Positions 9,158 through 20,888 of a DNA stretch of 64,000 nucleotides are shown here, piece after piece. The first letter of the stretch is position 1; each line of letters begins with the position of its first letter. The position numbers and the translations under genes were made by a program. This stretch comes from Patescibacteria group bacterium (GTDB lineage Bacteria; Patescibacteriota; JAHJAL01). The DNA is taken from contig JBMORM010000009.1 in the NCBI GenBank assembly GCA_049322675.1, positions 16,934 through 80,933 on the forward strand. Reading direction: 5' to 3'. The notes below the pieces were generated by a model. The model was not told the origin of the DNA, did not search any database, and saw only the letters and a list, made by a program, of their open reading frames with translations.

Positions 9158-10434
9158 TAGCCGAGACGATTTTTGATTTCTTGTACCGAATAATCCCAAT
9201 CGATAACGTCTTGAACTCCGGTTTTCATATCGCGAATGATGATGGTATTGTCTATGGCTTCTTTTTGGCCAATAATAACTGCAAAACGTGCCTGCATTTT
9301 GTTGGCTGCTTTAAGTTGAGAGGTGATGCTTTTTTTGTTTAGACTAGAAGATACTTTTAATCCGGCTCCTCTCAATTCGTGTAATAATTTGAAACATTTT
9401 TTCTTGGCTTCATTGCCTAGTTGAATCAAGAATACTTCCGGGATAATTGATATTTTTGGTAAAGATATATTTTGGGAAATCATTTTTAAAACTACCCGTT
9501 CCATGCCGATCCCAACACCTATGGCTGGGGTAGCTTCTTCACCAAACATGCCAATCAGATCGTCATAACGGCCACCGGCGGCAATAGTGAGATTGTCATC
9601 GGTAGAAATAAATTCAAAGACAGTTTTGGTGTAATAATCCAATCCCCGTACCAATTTTGGATTTAGGATATATGGAATATCCAATTCATCAAGGTATTCA
9701 AGCAGCTCATAGAAATGTTTCTTGGCCTCATCGTCAATATTATCGATTAGTTGAGGGGCTTCTGCAGCTATTTTTTGACAATTTTTTTCTTTACAATCTA
9801 GGATGCGGAGAGGATTTTTCTTTAGACGTTGCAGACAATCTTCGCAGAGTTGATTTTTGTATGGCGTGAAATAGTCCACCAATAGACTTACTAGCTTTTT
9901 GCGACTGGTGGAATTGCCAATGGTGTTTATGTGTAAATTGACGTCTTTGAGTCCCAGTTTGGAGAATAATTGCCAAACTAGACTGATAATTTCTGCATCG
10001 GCTGAGGAACTTTGCATGCCTATTTGTTCCAGGTCAAGCTGATGGAACTCTCTTACTCGACCGGCTTGAGGTTTGTTGTAACGAAAAACAGCTCCGTGAG
10101 TGTAAAGTTTGATTGGTTTGGGTAAGTTTTTTAGGCCGTGTTGGACATAGGCACGAACAATTCCGGCGGTAAATTCTGGTCGTAATACCAATTTTTCACT
10201 GACTTCTTTCTTTTTTTCGAGATAATACATTTCTTTGGAAACAATATCAGATGTTTCCCCGGCGGTACGTACGTACAAATCTTCGGCTTCAACCATAGGC
10301 GTGTCAATGCGAGAGTAACCGGAAAAAAAAGCAATCTCTTCGAACGTTTTGATAAGATATTGCCAGTGTGGCTGATTGATTGGCAATATATCGTGCATTC
10401 CTTTGGGGGCTTGAACTTTGATTTTTTTAGACAT
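9157..10434 (-). CDS. hisS: Histidyl-tRNA synthetase
   Basis: LRPEFTA, FRYNKPQAGRVREFHQ, LVRGLDYY, GGRYD. Confidence 0.97.
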   Translation of the reverse strand: MSKKIKVQAPKGMHDILPINQPHWQYLIKTFEEIAFFSGYSRIDTPMVEAEDLYVRTAGETSDIVSKEMYYLEKKKEVSEKLVLRPEFTAGIVRAYVQHGLKNLPKPIKLYTHGAVFRYNKPQAGRVREFHQLDLEQIGMQSSSADAEIISLVWQLFSKLGLKDVNLHINTIGNSTSRKKLVSLLVDYFTPYKNQLCEDCLQRLKKNPLRILDCKEKNCQKIAAEAPQLIDNIDDEAKKHFYELLEYLDELDIPYILNPKLVRGLDYYTKTVFEFISTDDNLTIAAGGRYDDLIGMFGEEATPAIGVGIGMERVVLKMISQNISLPKISIIPEVFLIQLGNEAKKKCFKLLHELRGAGLKVSSSLNKKSITSQLKAANKMQARFAVIIGQKEAIDNTIIIRDMKTGVQDVIDWDYSVQEIKNRLG

Positions 10435-10452
10435 TGTTTTTTTAGTTAATGG

Positions 10453-12606
10453 TTATTTGCCTTTTTGTAAATCCAGTACTCCGGGAAGACGTTTTACCCT
10501 ATTCATTAATTTGGTTAGTTCTTCCCAGTTGTTGATCTGAATTGCGATTTTTAGTTTAACACAATTTTTACCTTTTTGCATGACATCTATCCCTGCCAAA
10601 TTTAACTTTTCTTGCATGATGATTTCGGTGATGTCGTGTAGCATGCCGACGCGATCTTCGCATTTTATAATAATACTTGTGTCATACAAATAATATTTTG
10701 TCTGATCCCAATTGGCAATAATTAATCTTTGAGGGTCTTTGTGAGTGATATTTTTACAGTTTAGACGATGGACGGTAATCCCCTGCCCTCTGGTAATATA
10801 GCCCAGAATTGGTTCCGGATATTTTGGTTGACAGCAATTGGTAGCCAGTTTGTAGCCCAGAAGTTGATTTTGTCCAAAGGTAACCCCATGTTTGATGGTA
10901 GATAGATTTTTTTTGGGAGTTTTTTTTGACGAGAATATTTCTGATTCTGGAAATAGTATTTTGATGATTTTTTGAAAGGAAAGATCTCCTTGAAATATTG
11001 CCAGGTATACTTCTTCAAGTTTGTGATAATTTAATATATCTAACATGTGCCTTATTTTGGCTTCGGGAATATTTTTTAGCGATGGTAGATTGAGATTTTT
11101 TAAATTTTCTTGGAGAATTTTTTCTCCTTCTTTGACATTTTCTTGATAATTGGCTTTTTTTAAAAATGATCGGATTTTGTTTCTAGCAAAGTTGGTTTTG
11201 ACTATTTCCAGCCACTGTCTTTTGGGACTACTTGATGTTTTTGAGGTAAGAATTTCTACGATATCGCCATTTTGCAATTCATAATCAAGATTTACAATTT
11301 TTTGGTTGACCTTGGCGCCTATCAAACGGTCGCCGATGTCTGAGTGAATACTATAAGCAAAATCAATCGGCGTTGATCCCGAAGGCAGATCTTTTACATC
11401 ACCTTTTGGAGTGTAAATAAAAATGCGATCTTGAAATACATCAATTTTTAGCTCTTGGGAAAGTTGATTGAGGTCCAGATCTTTGATGTGCGTTAGTTCT
11501 TTTACCCAATCAGGCTGTTGTTTGGAAAGTCTTTTTTCTTTGTACAACCAGTGGGCGGCAACACCATACTCGCTTTGTTCATGCATTTTGGTGGTTCTAA
11601 TCTGTATTTCCATTTTTTGTCCGTCTTTGGCAAAGACCGAGGTATGCAGTGATTGATAGCCATTTGATTTGGGAGCGGCAATATAATCTTTGAAACGGCC
11701 GGGAATCGGACGCCAGAGATTGTGAATTACACCGAGAATCGTATAGCACTCTTTGATGTTTGGCGCCACAATACGCACTGCATAAATATCATAAATGTCA
11801 TCTAAATTTTTTTGTTTAAAAACTGTTTTTAGATATATACTATACAGATTTTTGGTTCGTCCAGAGATTTGAAAATCGGTAATTCCAGCAAGGGAAAGCT
11901 TTTTTTTGATGACTTTAATTATTTCCGTTAAATATTTTTTTCCTTGTTTGGTTATTTTTTTTACGCTGTCATATAATTCAAGATATTCTTTGGGGTATAA
12001 ATATTTGAAACAAATATCTTCCAAATTGGATTTGATATGCCAGAGACCGAGACGGTTGGCTAGAGGAACATATATTTCCATTGTTTCCTGAGCTATTTTG
12101 GTTTGCTTGTCTTTGGGAACGTATTGCAAGGTACTAATGTTGTGTAGGCGATCAGCAAGTTTGATAATAACAACGCGAATATCTTTGGCCATTGCCAAGA
12201 ATAATTTTCTTAAAGATTCGATTTGTTTATATTGTTCCTCATTTTTTGCTGACAAGGTAATATTTTTCAGCCGGATGTGACTGACTTTTGTTACCCCATC
12301 AATCAGATCGGCAACTTCCGGGCCGAATTTTTCCATTACTTCATCTTTTTTGATGGTCGTATCTTCCAAAGTATCATGCAAAAGACCAGCAACAATTGAC
12401 TGGTAATCCATTTTCATCTCAGCCAAAATGATTGCAGTGCTAAGACAATGATTAAGATAAGCTTCGCCGGAAAATCGAGCCTGGCCTTGATGAGCGATGG
12501 CAGCAAAATCAATAGCGGAATTGATTTGATTTTGTTGATCTTGAGGAAAATATGTTATTTTTTCCAGAAGATTTTTTTTGAGTTCGTCGGTAGTATTTTG
12601 TTTCAT
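10453..12606 (-). CDS. relA: Bifunctional (p)ppGpp synthetase/hydrolase Rel
   Basis: LLHDTLED, IKLADRLHN, RFKDYI..PKSNGYQSLH, EIQIRT, TGS domain (TPIDFAYSIH), C-terminal ACT. Confidence 0.96.
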   Translation of the reverse strand: MKQNTTDELKKNLLEKITYFPQDQQNQINSAIDFAAIAHQGQARFSGEAYLNHCLSTAIILAEMKMDYQSIVAGLLHDTLEDTTIKKDEVMEKFGPEVADLIDGVTKVSHIRLKNITLSAKNEEQYKQIESLRKLFLAMAKDIRVVIIKLADRLHNISTLQYVPKDKQTKIAQETMEIYVPLANRLGLWHIKSNLEDICFKYLYPKEYLELYDSVKKITKQGKKYLTEIIKVIKKKLSLAGITDFQISGRTKNLYSIYLKTVFKQKNLDDIYDIYAVRIVAPNIKECYTILGVIHNLWRPIPGRFKDYIAAPKSNGYQSLHTSVFAKDGQKMEIQIRTTKMHEQSEYGVAAHWLYKEKRLSKQQPDWVKELTHIKDLDLNQLSQELKIDVFQDRIFIYTPKGDVKDLPSGSTPIDFAYSIHSDIGDRLIGAKVNQKIVNLDYELQNGDIVEILTSKTSSSPKRQWLEIVKTNFARNKIRSFLKKANYQENVKEGEKILQENLKNLNLPSLKNIPEAKIRHMLDILNYHKLEEVYLAIFQGDLSFQKIIKILFPESEIFSSKKTPKKNLSTIKHGVTFGQNQLLGYKLATNCCQPKYPEPILGYITRGQGITVHRLNCKNITHKDPQRLIIANWDQTKYYLYDTSIIIKCEDRVGMLHDITEIIMQEKLNLAGIDVMQKGKNCVKLKIAIQINNWEELTKLMNRVKRLPGVLDLQKGK

Positions 12607-12638
12607 AAATATATTAATCTTGGACTTATTGTATCATA

Positions 12639-12679
12639 TAAAAAAACAAGGTAGTTTTGTTGAACGACCTTGTTTTTTT
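12639..12679. terminator. Bidirectional intrinsic terminator after clpC
   Basis: AAAAAACAAGGT...ACCTTGTTTTTT. Confidence 0.65.
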
Positions 12680-12693
12680 AAGGTAAATAGATT

Positions 12694-15222
12694 TTATTTT
12701 TTTGAGTGTTTGGAAAGACGAAGAGTATTTTTAAATTTATTGACGTTGATAATGTCTCCTTCTTTAAATTTTTCTTCCAAAAGCCCTTCCGCCAGAGGGT
12801 CTTCGATCAATTGTTGAATAACGCGACGAATAGAGCGCGCTCCGTTCTCCGGTTCAAACCCGATATCAGCAATCAATTTTTTGGCGGCTGGCAAAACATT
12901 GAGTTTAAGATTTTTGTCGGCAAGTCGATTGTTTAGTTCAGTCAATTGGATATTGATAATTTTTCCGATATCGGCCATATCCAACGGTTTAAATACGACG
13001 ATTTTGTCTAATCGATTGAGAAATTCGGGCTTGAAGTTTTTTTTCAATTCTTCCAACACGTGACTTTTGATTTCTTCGTAGTCAATTTTTTTGGTTTCAG
13101 AGGAGAGACTAAAACCGATTTTGGCCTGCTGATTGAATTCTTTTAGACCGAGATTGGAGGTTAAAATAATAATCGTATTTTTGAAGTTAACTTTTTTTCC
13201 TTTGGCATCGGTTAGTTCTCCGTCTTCCAGAATCTGCAGAAGAAGATTAAATACGTCAGGATGAGCTTTTTCGATCTCGTCAAATAGTATTATTGCGTAG
13301 GGACGACGACGAACGGCTTCTGTCAACTTCCCTCCTTCTTCGTATCCAATGTAGCCAGCGGGAGCGCCGACCAGACGGGAAGTTTGATGTCTTTCCATAA
13401 ATTCGCTCATATCTAGTTTGATTAGAGCATCTTCCGATTCGAATATCTCTCTGGCCAATACTTTGGCTAATTCGGTTTTGCCGACCCCAGTCGGACCCAA
13501 AAACATAAATGAGCCTATCGGACGCTTAGGATTGGAAATACCGGTGCGAGAACGTTTTATGGTTTTAGCAATGGCTTCAATAGCTTGATCTTGTCCAACG
13601 ATATGTTTTCTAATAATCTCGTCAATGTGAGAATATTTTTCTTTTTGAGAGGAAATTATTTTATCAACCGGTATCTTTAACCACTTTGAAATAATTTGGG
13701 CAATATCTTCTTTGGTTAGAGATATTTTTTTATTTTTTAATTTTTGTTGATTTTCTTTGATGGTTTGGCTGATTTTTTTCTGAAGTTTCAATTCTTCATC
13801 CCGAAATTTGGCGGCTGTTTCGTAGTCTTGATTGGCGACGGCTTGTTCTTTGGATTGATTCAATGCTTCCAACTTTTTGTTTAAATCCTTGAGTCCGGAT
13901 TTGTCAGAAAAATTGTGTTTTAAAGATAGAGCCGAGGCCGCTTCATCCAAAAGGTCAATTGCCGAGTCTGGGTGACGACGGTCAGTTAGATATCTTTTTG
14001 ATAGCTTAACGGCGGTTTCGATTGCTTCATCAGAAATAATGATATGATGATGCTCTTCTAGTTTGCTTTTTAAACCGTGAAGGATTTTTATGGCGTCATC
14101 AGTGGTCGGCTCTTCCACTACGATTGGTTGCAAGCGGCGTTCTAGAGCTGAATCTTTTTCGATAAACTTCCGATACTCTTCGGTAGTAGTAGCGCCAATG
14201 ATTTGCAGATCGCCGCGCGCCAAGGCTGGTTTGAGAATATTGGCCGCATCCAAGGCACCTTCGGCACTTCCAGCGCCAACCAACATATGTAGTTCATCAA
14301 TAAATAGAATAATATTTGATCTTTTAATTACTTCGCTGACTACTTTTTTTAAACGTTCTTCAAACTCACCACGATATTTGGTACCAGCAATAAGCAATGG
14401 CAAATCAAGAGTGAGAATTTTTTTGTTGAGTAACACATCTGGCACTTCTTCTTTGATAATTTTGATGGCCAAACCTTCAATGATGGCAGTTTTACCAACA
14501 CCCGCTTCTCCAATCAAGACCGGGTTATTTTTGGTACGGCGGTTGATAATTTGAATTATTCGCTCAATTTCCGAATTGCGCCCGATCACCGGATCCAATT
14601 TGTTTTTGGCCGCTCGGTCGGTAATATCAACGGTGAACTGCTCGATAAAATCTTTTTTGGTTTGTGTTCCGGGAGGATAGGGAGCGCTTTGGTTATTCCA
14701 ATCTTCTGAGCCTGATAAAGAAGCCAAATCTTCAATTTCTTCAATTTGTTCCTGGTCAGGGCTCTTTTGTGACTGTTCAAATAGAAATTGAATTTGACGT
14801 TTTAATTTTTTTATATTGACGCCTAGATTTTTGAGTACAAGACAGGCTTGAGAATTTTCGTGTCCGAGCATGGAGTACAATAGGTGTTCGGTCCCAACGT
14901 AATTATGGTTAAATCTTTTGGCAGTAAAAAAAGCTTCTTCGATGATTGTTTTGGCTTGTTTGGTCAGAGTGCTCGTACCTTGATCAACTTTAGGAGTACC
15001 CATTTCTTCTTGAATTAGATCTAAAACCAATTGTACTTTTTCGGCAGTGATATTGAGGTTGCTTAAAATATCATTGGCTAAGCTTTTTTTTACTAAGAGT
15101 ATTCCCATCAAGATTTGTTCACTGCCGATATTGGTCAAACTATCTTGGGAAATATCTTGAGCGTTATTTAAAGCTAACTTGGCATTGGGAGTAAAACGAT
15201 CAAAAAAGTCATTATTTTTCAT
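12694..15222 (-). CDS. clpC: ATP-dependent Clp protease ATP-binding subunit ClpC
   Basis: Clp N repeats, [21 protein letters not shown] motif [22 protein letters not shown] loop. Confidence 0.95.
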   Translation of the reverse strand: MKNNDFFDRFTPNAKLALNNAQDISQDSLTNIGSEQILMGILLVKKSLANDILSNLNITAEKVQLVLDLIQEEMGTPKVDQGTSTLTKQAKTIIEEAFFTAKRFNHNYVGTEHLLYSMLGHENSQACLVLKNLGVNIKKLKRQIQFLFEQSQKSPDQEQIEEIEDLASLSGSEDWNNQSAPYPPGTQTKKDFIEQFTVDITDRAAKNKLDPVIGRNSEIERIIQIINRRTKNNPVLIGEAGVGKTAIIEGLAIKIIKEEVPDVLLNKKILTLDLPLLIAGTKYRGEFEERLKKVVSEVIKRSNIILFIDELHMLVGAGSAEGALDAANILKPALARGDLQIIGATTTEEYRKFIEKDSALERRLQPIVVEEPTTDDAIKILHGLKSKLEEHHHIIISDEAIETAVKLSKRYLTDRRHPDSAIDLLDEAASALSLKHNFSDKSGLKDLNKKLEALNQSKEQAVANQDYETAAKFRDEELKLQKKISQTIKENQQKLKNKKISLTKEDIAQIISKWLKIPVDKIISSQKEKYSHIDEIIRKHIVGQDQAIEAIAKTIKRSRTGISNPKRPIGSFMFLGPTGVGKTELAKVLAREIFESEDALIKLDMSEFMERHQTSRLVGAPAGYIGYEEGGKLTEAVRRRPYAIILFDEIEKAHPDVFNLLLQILEDGELTDAKGKKVNFKNTIIILTSNLGLKEFNQQAKIGFSLSSETKKIDYEEIKSHVLEELKKNFKPEFLNRLDKIVVFKPLDMADIGKIINIQLTELNNRLADKNLKLNVLPAAKKLIADIGFEPENGARSIRRVIQQLIEDPLAEGLLEEKFKEGDIINVNKFKNTLRLSKHSKK

Positions 15223-15232
15223 AAAAAAAGAA

Positions 15233-16588
15233 TTATTTAGATATCTTTCTTAAGCTTGCGATAATTTTTTTTGCCGTTGCCTGACCGATACCTGGAATTT
15301 CAGTCAGTTCTTCCTCATTTTTTCCTACCAATTGAGAAACCAGATTATAACCGTTGTTTTCTAACTTTTCTTGAATTTTAGGAGTCAGTTTCAGTTCAGA
15401 TATTTTATCTTCTTGTTCGGGTTTGGAAATATTTTCAACGACTTCTTCTTGTTTTTCAGGTTTTTCCGTTTCTATAATTGTGTCTTTTTTTTCAGTATCG
15501 GAATTTTCTTGTAATTTAGCTAATACTTCTTTGGATGCTTCGACGATGTCTAGTTTCCATCCGGTTAATTTGGAAGCGAGTTTGACGTTTTGTCCGTTGC
15601 GTCCGATGGCTAGAGATTGCTGATCGGCTTCGACGTAAATAGTTGCAGTCATCCGTGGTTGATCCAAGGATACTTTAGCTATTTTGGCAGGAGATAAAGC
15701 ATTTTTGATATAGACAACTGGATTTTCGTCCCAAAGGACAATGTCGATTTTTTCATTACCGACTTCGTTGATGATAGCTTGAACTCTCGTGCCTTTTTGT
15801 CCCACGCATGAGCCGATTGGATCAACTCCTTCCTGCTTAGCACAAACAGATACTTTGGTACGAACTCCAGGTTCCCGAGCAATGGATTGAATAGCGACTG
15901 ACCCTAGATCAATCTCCGGAATTTCCAAGGTAAATAATTGTCCGATAAATTCGGGGTTGGTTCGAGATAGGACAATCTGGGCACCTTTGGGTGTATTTTC
16001 GACTTTTTCCAAATAAAATTTGTGTCTTTGACCAATTGAATAATGTTCGCCTGGTACTCGTCCGCTAGGCAAAATCACACCAATTGCTTGGCCGATATCG
16101 ACAAAAATATTTTGCCCCTCGATTCTTTGGATAGCGCCGGAAATAATTGCTTTTTCTTTATTTTTGAATTCATTGAAAATATTTTCCCTTTCCGCTTCTC
16201 TTAATCTTTGGATAATAACTTGTTTAGCGGTCTGGGCAGCAATGCGACCAAAATTTTCTGGGGCAGGGGCTGAAATAATCACATTTTCTTCCAATTGCAA
16301 ATTTGGATCGATAGTACGAGCATCGGACAAATGCATCTGAGTAAGTTCGTCTTTCAACTCTTCTTCATCTGGAATAATTTCTTTGACAATAAAAAAACTA
16401 ACGTCATTGAGTCCACCGGGACCCATTTTGGCTTTTATCTCCATCTGGGGACGACCATAATCTTTGCGATATGCTACTGCCAAGGCGGCTTCGATTGTTT
16501 CAATCACCTTTTCCCTAGGCAGTTTTTTTTCTTCACTAATCATATCAATTGCGGCAAAAAATTCTTCTTCGTTAAATTGTTGATCCAT
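15233..16588 (-). CDS. nusA: Transcription factor NusA
   Basis: FGRIAAQTAKQ, S1 and KH domains, AIGRNGQNV, C-terminal HhH (IPGIG). Confidence 0.97.
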   Translation of the reverse strand: MDQQFNEEEFFAAIDMISEEKKLPREKVIETIEAALAVAYRKDYGRPQMEIKAKMGPGGLNDVSFFIVKEIIPDEEELKDELTQMHLSDARTIDPNLQLEENVIISAPAPENFGRIAAQTAKQVIIQRLREAERENIFNEFKNKEKAIISGAIQRIEGQNIFVDIGQAIGVILPSGRVPGEHYSIGQRHKFYLEKVENTPKGAQIVLSRTNPEFIGQLFTLEIPEIDLGSVAIQSIAREPGVRTKVSVCAKQEGVDPIGSCVGQKGTRVQAIINEVGNEKIDIVLWDENPVVYIKNALSPAKIAKVSLDQPRMTATIYVEADQQSLAIGRNGQNVKLASKLTGWKLDIVEASKEVLAKLQENSDTEKKDTIIETEKPEKQEEVVENISKPEQEDKISELKLTPKIQEKLENNGYNLVSQLVGKNEEELTEIPGIGQATAKKIIASLRKISK

Positions 16589-16706
16589 GTTTAGAATATT
16601 AAATTTTAAAAAAATGGAAGCTTAGGATAGCTACCATTTATCTTGTTTATAATTTACCACAAAAATATCTGACACGCAATCTGCAGATCTTGACTATATC
16701 AATTAA

Positions 16707-17570
16707 TTATTTTGTATTAATTTTGGCAATCATTACAGTCAAGGGAAAGATCACGATAGCATTGATTATTCTTGAGATTCGATTTGGCTGCGTGACGAGA
16801 CGATAAAACCATTCAAGTCTATTTCTTCGCAGCCACAGGGGGGCTCGTGTGGCAGGCGGTCCGCCGTAAAAACTAACAGACCTAGCAATAAAGTCAAAGG
16901 CTCCACCAATCCCAGCAACTATTTTGACTGAGGGTATTTTTCTTAGATTGCGATCAATCCAGTATTCCTGCTTTGGAGCTCCGTAGGCCACCAATAAACA
17001 ATCTGGTTTTGTTTTATTTATCTGCTCGATAATTTGACATTCATGTTTGAAATCTGGATCCAGATTGGAGTAGCCGGCTATTGATAGATTGGGGTATTGA
17101 GCGACCAATTTTTGGCTGGTTATTTTGGCTACATTTGAAATTCCACCGAGTAAAAATATTTTTTTGCCTTGTTCGGCACATATTCGGCAGATTTCCGGGA
17201 CTAGATCGGTACCGGTAATATTTTCGGGAATTATTTGAGTGGCGTATTTTTTACTGAAAAAAAACAAAATGAGTGAAATAATCAATTGAATGAATGCCTG
17301 GATTTGTTTTAAAACCGGTAATTGGGTGAGAGGGATCTGATTGTAATTGGCCGCCCATTGGAGACCGGTACCATCAGCAACGTTGATTGCGGCTCGGTTT
17401 AAGATGGAGAGAAGATCGCGGTGACGATGCGCAAATAGCACAATTTCTGGATTGGGAGTGACAATATGTATTTGTTTATCACCTTCAAGATACTTTGAAA
17501 TTTTGTCCAGCACTTCGTCTAAGGTTTGAATATCGAGTGAACAGCCTAGGATGTTAACTTTTTTATTCAT
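16707..17570 (-). CDS. WecB/TagA/CpsF family glycosyltransferase
   Basis: VTPNPE, ADGTG, GTDL, GAPKQE, GIGGAFD, RAP..LEWFYRL. Start taken at ATG 17570 (just after the upstream gene's stop). Confidence 0.9.
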   Translation of the reverse strand: MNKKVNILGCSLDIQTLDEVLDKISKYLEGDKQIHIVTPNPEIVLFAHRHRDLLSILNRAAINVADGTGLQWAANYNQIPLTQLPVLKQIQAFIQLIISLILFFFSKKYATQIIPENITGTDLVPEICRICAEQGKKIFLLGGISNVAKITSQKLVAQYPNLSIAGYSNLDPDFKHECQIIEQINKTKPDCLLVAYGAPKQEYWIDRNLRKIPSVKIVAGIGGAFDFIARSVSFYGGPPATRAPLWLRRNRLEWFYRLVTQPNRISRIINAIVIFPLTVMIAKINTK

Positions 17571-17574
17571 GGGG

Positions 17575-18717
17575 TTAATCGCTTTTGGGGTGGAGAAATT
17601 TGCTTTTATCAAGATATATTTCTTCGACTAAATTGAAAAATTCTCGACGAAATAGCTGATGATCAAATTTTTTAGCGTGATTGATACATCCCTTGGCCGA
17701 GAAGCGCGACTGATTTTTTTCAAAATTTTTGATACAGACGACAACATCTTCTACGGTTTGTCGTTCGAAAAACAAGCCAGTAAAATTTTCTCGGACACTT
17801 TCAAGCAATCCACCTGTTTTATAGGCTAGGACTGGCGTTCCCGCAGCCATTGCTTCCACTGGTACAATTCCGAAATCTTCTTCTCCGGGGAATATAAATG
17901 CTTTGGCGGATTGCATTAGTTCAATTTTTTTGGTATCTGAGACTTGTCCTAAAAATTCTATGGTGGGACCGGCAAGTGATTCCAAATGTTTTTTTGCATC
18001 ACCATCGCCAGCGACTATTAATCTTTTTTTTAGTCGATTGCAAGCCAAAATTGCTAGATCGAATCGTTTGAAATGCTGCAATCTGGACAAAACAAGATAA
18101 TAATCACTTTTTTTTAAATTTTCTGGCGGGTGAAAACTTGATGTGTCAATTGAAGGATAGATTACTTTATAGGGAGTGCGACGGTAGTATTTTTCTATTC
18201 TTTGTCCAACATATTTTGAATTGGCAAGCATTACATCTACCCTGTCCGCGGCCAGTTTATCCCATATTCTCAGTTGGTTGAAACGCCAGTTGATAATCGG
18301 CGCAAAGAGATTAAGTTTTTTTTGATTAATCCACTCGTGACTCTGATCCCAGACATATCTGGTTGGCGAATGAATGTAGGAAACATGAATCGTACTAGGT
18401 TTGGTGATAGCGCCTTTGATAAAAGAATTACTGTCGGAAATTAGGATGTCATAATCGGAAAAGTCAAACAGTTCGGTCGCTATGGGAAAATATAATAAAA
18501 ACAATTGGTGATGATTTGTTAACCAGGACGGGAAATATTTGAGGGGACTGGTGATTATTTTAGCATTTGGCAAATATTGGTTGACAAAATTTGGATTGGA
18601 TGTGAGCGTATATATCGGAGCATCAGGGAAGGTATGGTGCAATTGGATCAAAACTTGTTCGGCTCCCCCGATGGTGTTTAAAAATTCATGTGCCAACGCG
18701 ATTTTCGGTTTTTTCAT
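17575..18717 (-). CDS. GT4 family glycosyltransferase
   Basis: GGAEQV, EDFGIVPVEAMAAGTPV. Confidence 0.93.
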   Translation of the reverse strand: MKKPKIALAHEFLNTIGGAEQVLIQLHHTFPDAPIYTLTSNPNFVNQYLPNAKIITSPLKYFPSWLTNHHQLFLLYFPIATELFDFSDYDILISDSNSFIKGAITKPSTIHVSYIHSPTRYVWDQSHEWINQKKLNLFAPIINWRFNQLRIWDKLAADRVDVMLANSKYVGQRIEKYYRRTPYKVIYPSIDTSSFHPPENLKKSDYYLVLSRLQHFKRFDLAILACNRLKKRLIVAGDGDAKKHLESLAGPTIEFLGQVSDTKKIELMQSAKAFIFPGEEDFGIVPVEAMAAGTPVLAYKTGGLLESVRENFTGLFFERQTVEDVVVCIKNFEKNQSRFSAKGCINHAKKFDHQLFRREFFNLVEEIYLDKSKFLHPKSD

Positions 18718-19850
18718 ATTTTTTTGCTTAATTTTACAAGTTCAAAAAATATTGAATTGGTAAATTCAATCCAGGAGTATTTTTTTATATTTGCCGTCCC
18801 TTTTTCTATCAAATTTTGTCTAAGAGCGGGGTTATCCAATATTTTTTTTATCGCTTGTGCAATTTCTTCTATTTCATTGGGATTGACTAAAAGTGCTCCA
18901 TTGCCGGCAATTTCCGGCATAGCGGTAATATTGGAAGTGATTACTGGAGTTCGGCAGGCTTGAGCTTCCAAAATTGGAAGACCGAAACCCTCATAGAGAG
19001 ACGGGAACAATAAAATTTCTGCTTCGGAAAAAATGACAGGTAAATCTTTTTGGGGAATATGCTCGGTAAATACTACGTCTTGCTCAATTTTGAGTGATTT
19101 AATTATTTCAATAAATAAAGGCTGATGATGAGTTTTACTGCCAGACAAGACGAGAATGTGCGGATAACCTGTTTTTTTCTTAAAGAATGCAAAAGACTTA
19201 ATCAGGTTGGAAATATTTTTTCTCAACTCCAACCGTCCCAAAAACAAAAGATATGGTTTTTTGGAAATGCGCGAGTCGTATTTTTTTAGAGTTTTATTGA
19301 TTCGACTTTGTGAGATATTGGGGTGAAAAATAGTGGTGTCAACGCCCAGATTCGTACAAACTATTTTGTTTGGATCAGCAAAATAATGTTTAATAATTGT
19401 TTTTTTAGAATAATCCGATGGAGTAAAAATTAATGAAGCGCTTTTTATGTCGGAGGCAGTGGTTTTTTCAAGATGAAGAAATTGTTGTTTGAGATAATTG
19501 TTGGGATAATCAAGAAAACCAATATCGTGAATCATAATGACTGATTTTTTTGGTTTAATCGGCGGCAAACTATGCGAAGGAACAAAAAGGATATCCGGTT
19601 GATGCCAATACATTTCCCAAGAGAGGGCAACTGTATTCCAAAGGAAAGGGAATTTGATGATTTTATTGGTAACGTTATCTGGTAATTTGGTTATAATATC
19701 TCTTGGTAATTTTTGATGAGAATACAGGATTATTTTGTCAAATTGATGTGCCAATTTGGGAGTAATATTTTTTATGAAATAATATGACACATTTTCTGTG
19801 CCAGTTTTTTCTTTAAAGGCTAGTTTGTGAGCATCGATACCTAAAATCAT
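18714..19850 (-). CDS. GT4 family glycosyltransferase (mannosyltransferase-like)
   Basis: IHDI, RKNI, FPSLYEGFGLPILEA. Confidence 0.93.
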   Translation of the reverse strand: MILGIDAHKLAFKEKTGTENVSYYFIKNITPKLAHQFDKIILYSHQKLPRDIITKLPDNVTNKIIKFPFLWNTVALSWEMYWHQPDILFVPSHSLPPIKPKKSVIMIHDIGFLDYPNNYLKQQFLHLEKTTASDIKSASLIFTPSDYSKKTIIKHYFADPNKIVCTNLGVDTTIFHPNISQSRINKTLKKYDSRISKKPYLLFLGRLELRKNISNLIKSFAFFKKKTGYPHILVLSGSKTHHQPLFIEIIKSLKIEQDVVFTEHIPQKDLPVIFSEAEILLFPSLYEGFGLPILEAQACRTPVITSNITAMPEIAGNGALLVNPNEIEEIAQAIKKILDNPALRQNLIEKGTANIKKYSWIEFTNSIFFELVKLSKKI

Positions 19851-19868
19851 TTTTAAACGAAAAATTAA

Positions 19869-20879
19869 TTATGCTTTAATAGCGCTGCGTTTGTAAGATT
19901 CAAGATTTTCCAAGGCAATATTGCACCCACGAATAACACAAAATTCAGGTTCGTCGGCAATATGAACAGGAACACCAGTAACGCGGCTTAGCAGTTGGTC
20001 AAGACCTCGGAGCATACTACCTTTGCCGGTTAATATGATTCCACGATCGATTACATCGGAAGCCAATTCCGGCGGAGTGTGTTGCAATACCAGTTTTACT
20101 GCTTGGATAATTTCTTTGATAGGGTGTTTTAAGGCTTCGATTGTGTCATCACTCTTGACAGTGATTATTTCCGGTAATTCGGAGATAGTATTATTACCAC
20201 TGATTTCTAAAGAGGTAAATTCAGTTTGAGGAACTATGGTACCAATGGTAACCTTGATTTTTTCAGCAGTTTTTTCCCCGATTGCAAGGTTATATTTTTT
20301 ACGAATGTAATCAATAATTGCGTTGTCCATGGCATCACCGCCAATACGAATCGAATTGGAGGAAACAATATTGCCGAGAGAAATTACCGCGATTTCACTG
20401 GTGCCGCCGCCAATATCAATCACCATATTCCCGTGAGGTTCGGCAATAGCTATGCCTGCACCCAAAGCGGCTGCCAGAGGAGCTTTAATGATATATACAT
20501 TGCTTGTCCCTACCGATTTGGTCGCATCAATAATCGCTCGGCGTTCAGTACTGGTTATGCCGGCAGGGACAGAAACCATAATTTCCGGTCCGATTAATCT
20601 GATATTTGGCAATATTTTATCAGTATAATATTTGATAATAGCTTCCGTGATACGATAATTGGCGATAACGCCGTTTTTTAATGGTTTGGCAGCAACAATA
20701 TCATAAGGAGTTTTGCCAAGCATGTTTTTGGCTTCTTCACCAATAGCTAGGATTTGATTGGTATTTTTGTTTACTGCTACTACCGCCGGCTCATTGATAA
20801 CCAATCCTTTTTTGGGGACGCAGAGCCTGATATTGGTGGTACCGATATCAATGGCAATTTGTTGTTGAAGTGAAAACAT
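19869..20879 (-). CDS. mreB: Rod shape-determining actin MreB
   Basis: IDIGTTN, EPAVVA, VIDIGGGTSE, TPPELASD. Confidence 0.93.
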   Translation of the reverse strand: MFSLQQQIAIDIGTTNIRLCVPKKGLVINEPAVVAVNKNTNQILAIGEEAKNMLGKTPYDIVAAKPLKNGVIANYRITEAIIKYYTDKILPNIRLIGPEIMVSVPAGITSTERRAIIDATKSVGTSNVYIIKAPLAAALGAGIAIAEPHGNMVIDIGGGTSEIAVISLGNIVSSNSIRIGGDAMDNAIIDYIRKKYNLAIGEKTAEKIKVTIGTIVPQTEFTSLEISGNNTISELPEIITVKSDDTIEALKHPIKEIIQAVKLVLQHTPPELASDVIDRGIILTGKGSMLRGLDQLLSRVTGVPVHIADEPEFCVIRGCNIALENLESYKRSAIKA

Positions 20880-20888
20880 TTTTCTTGG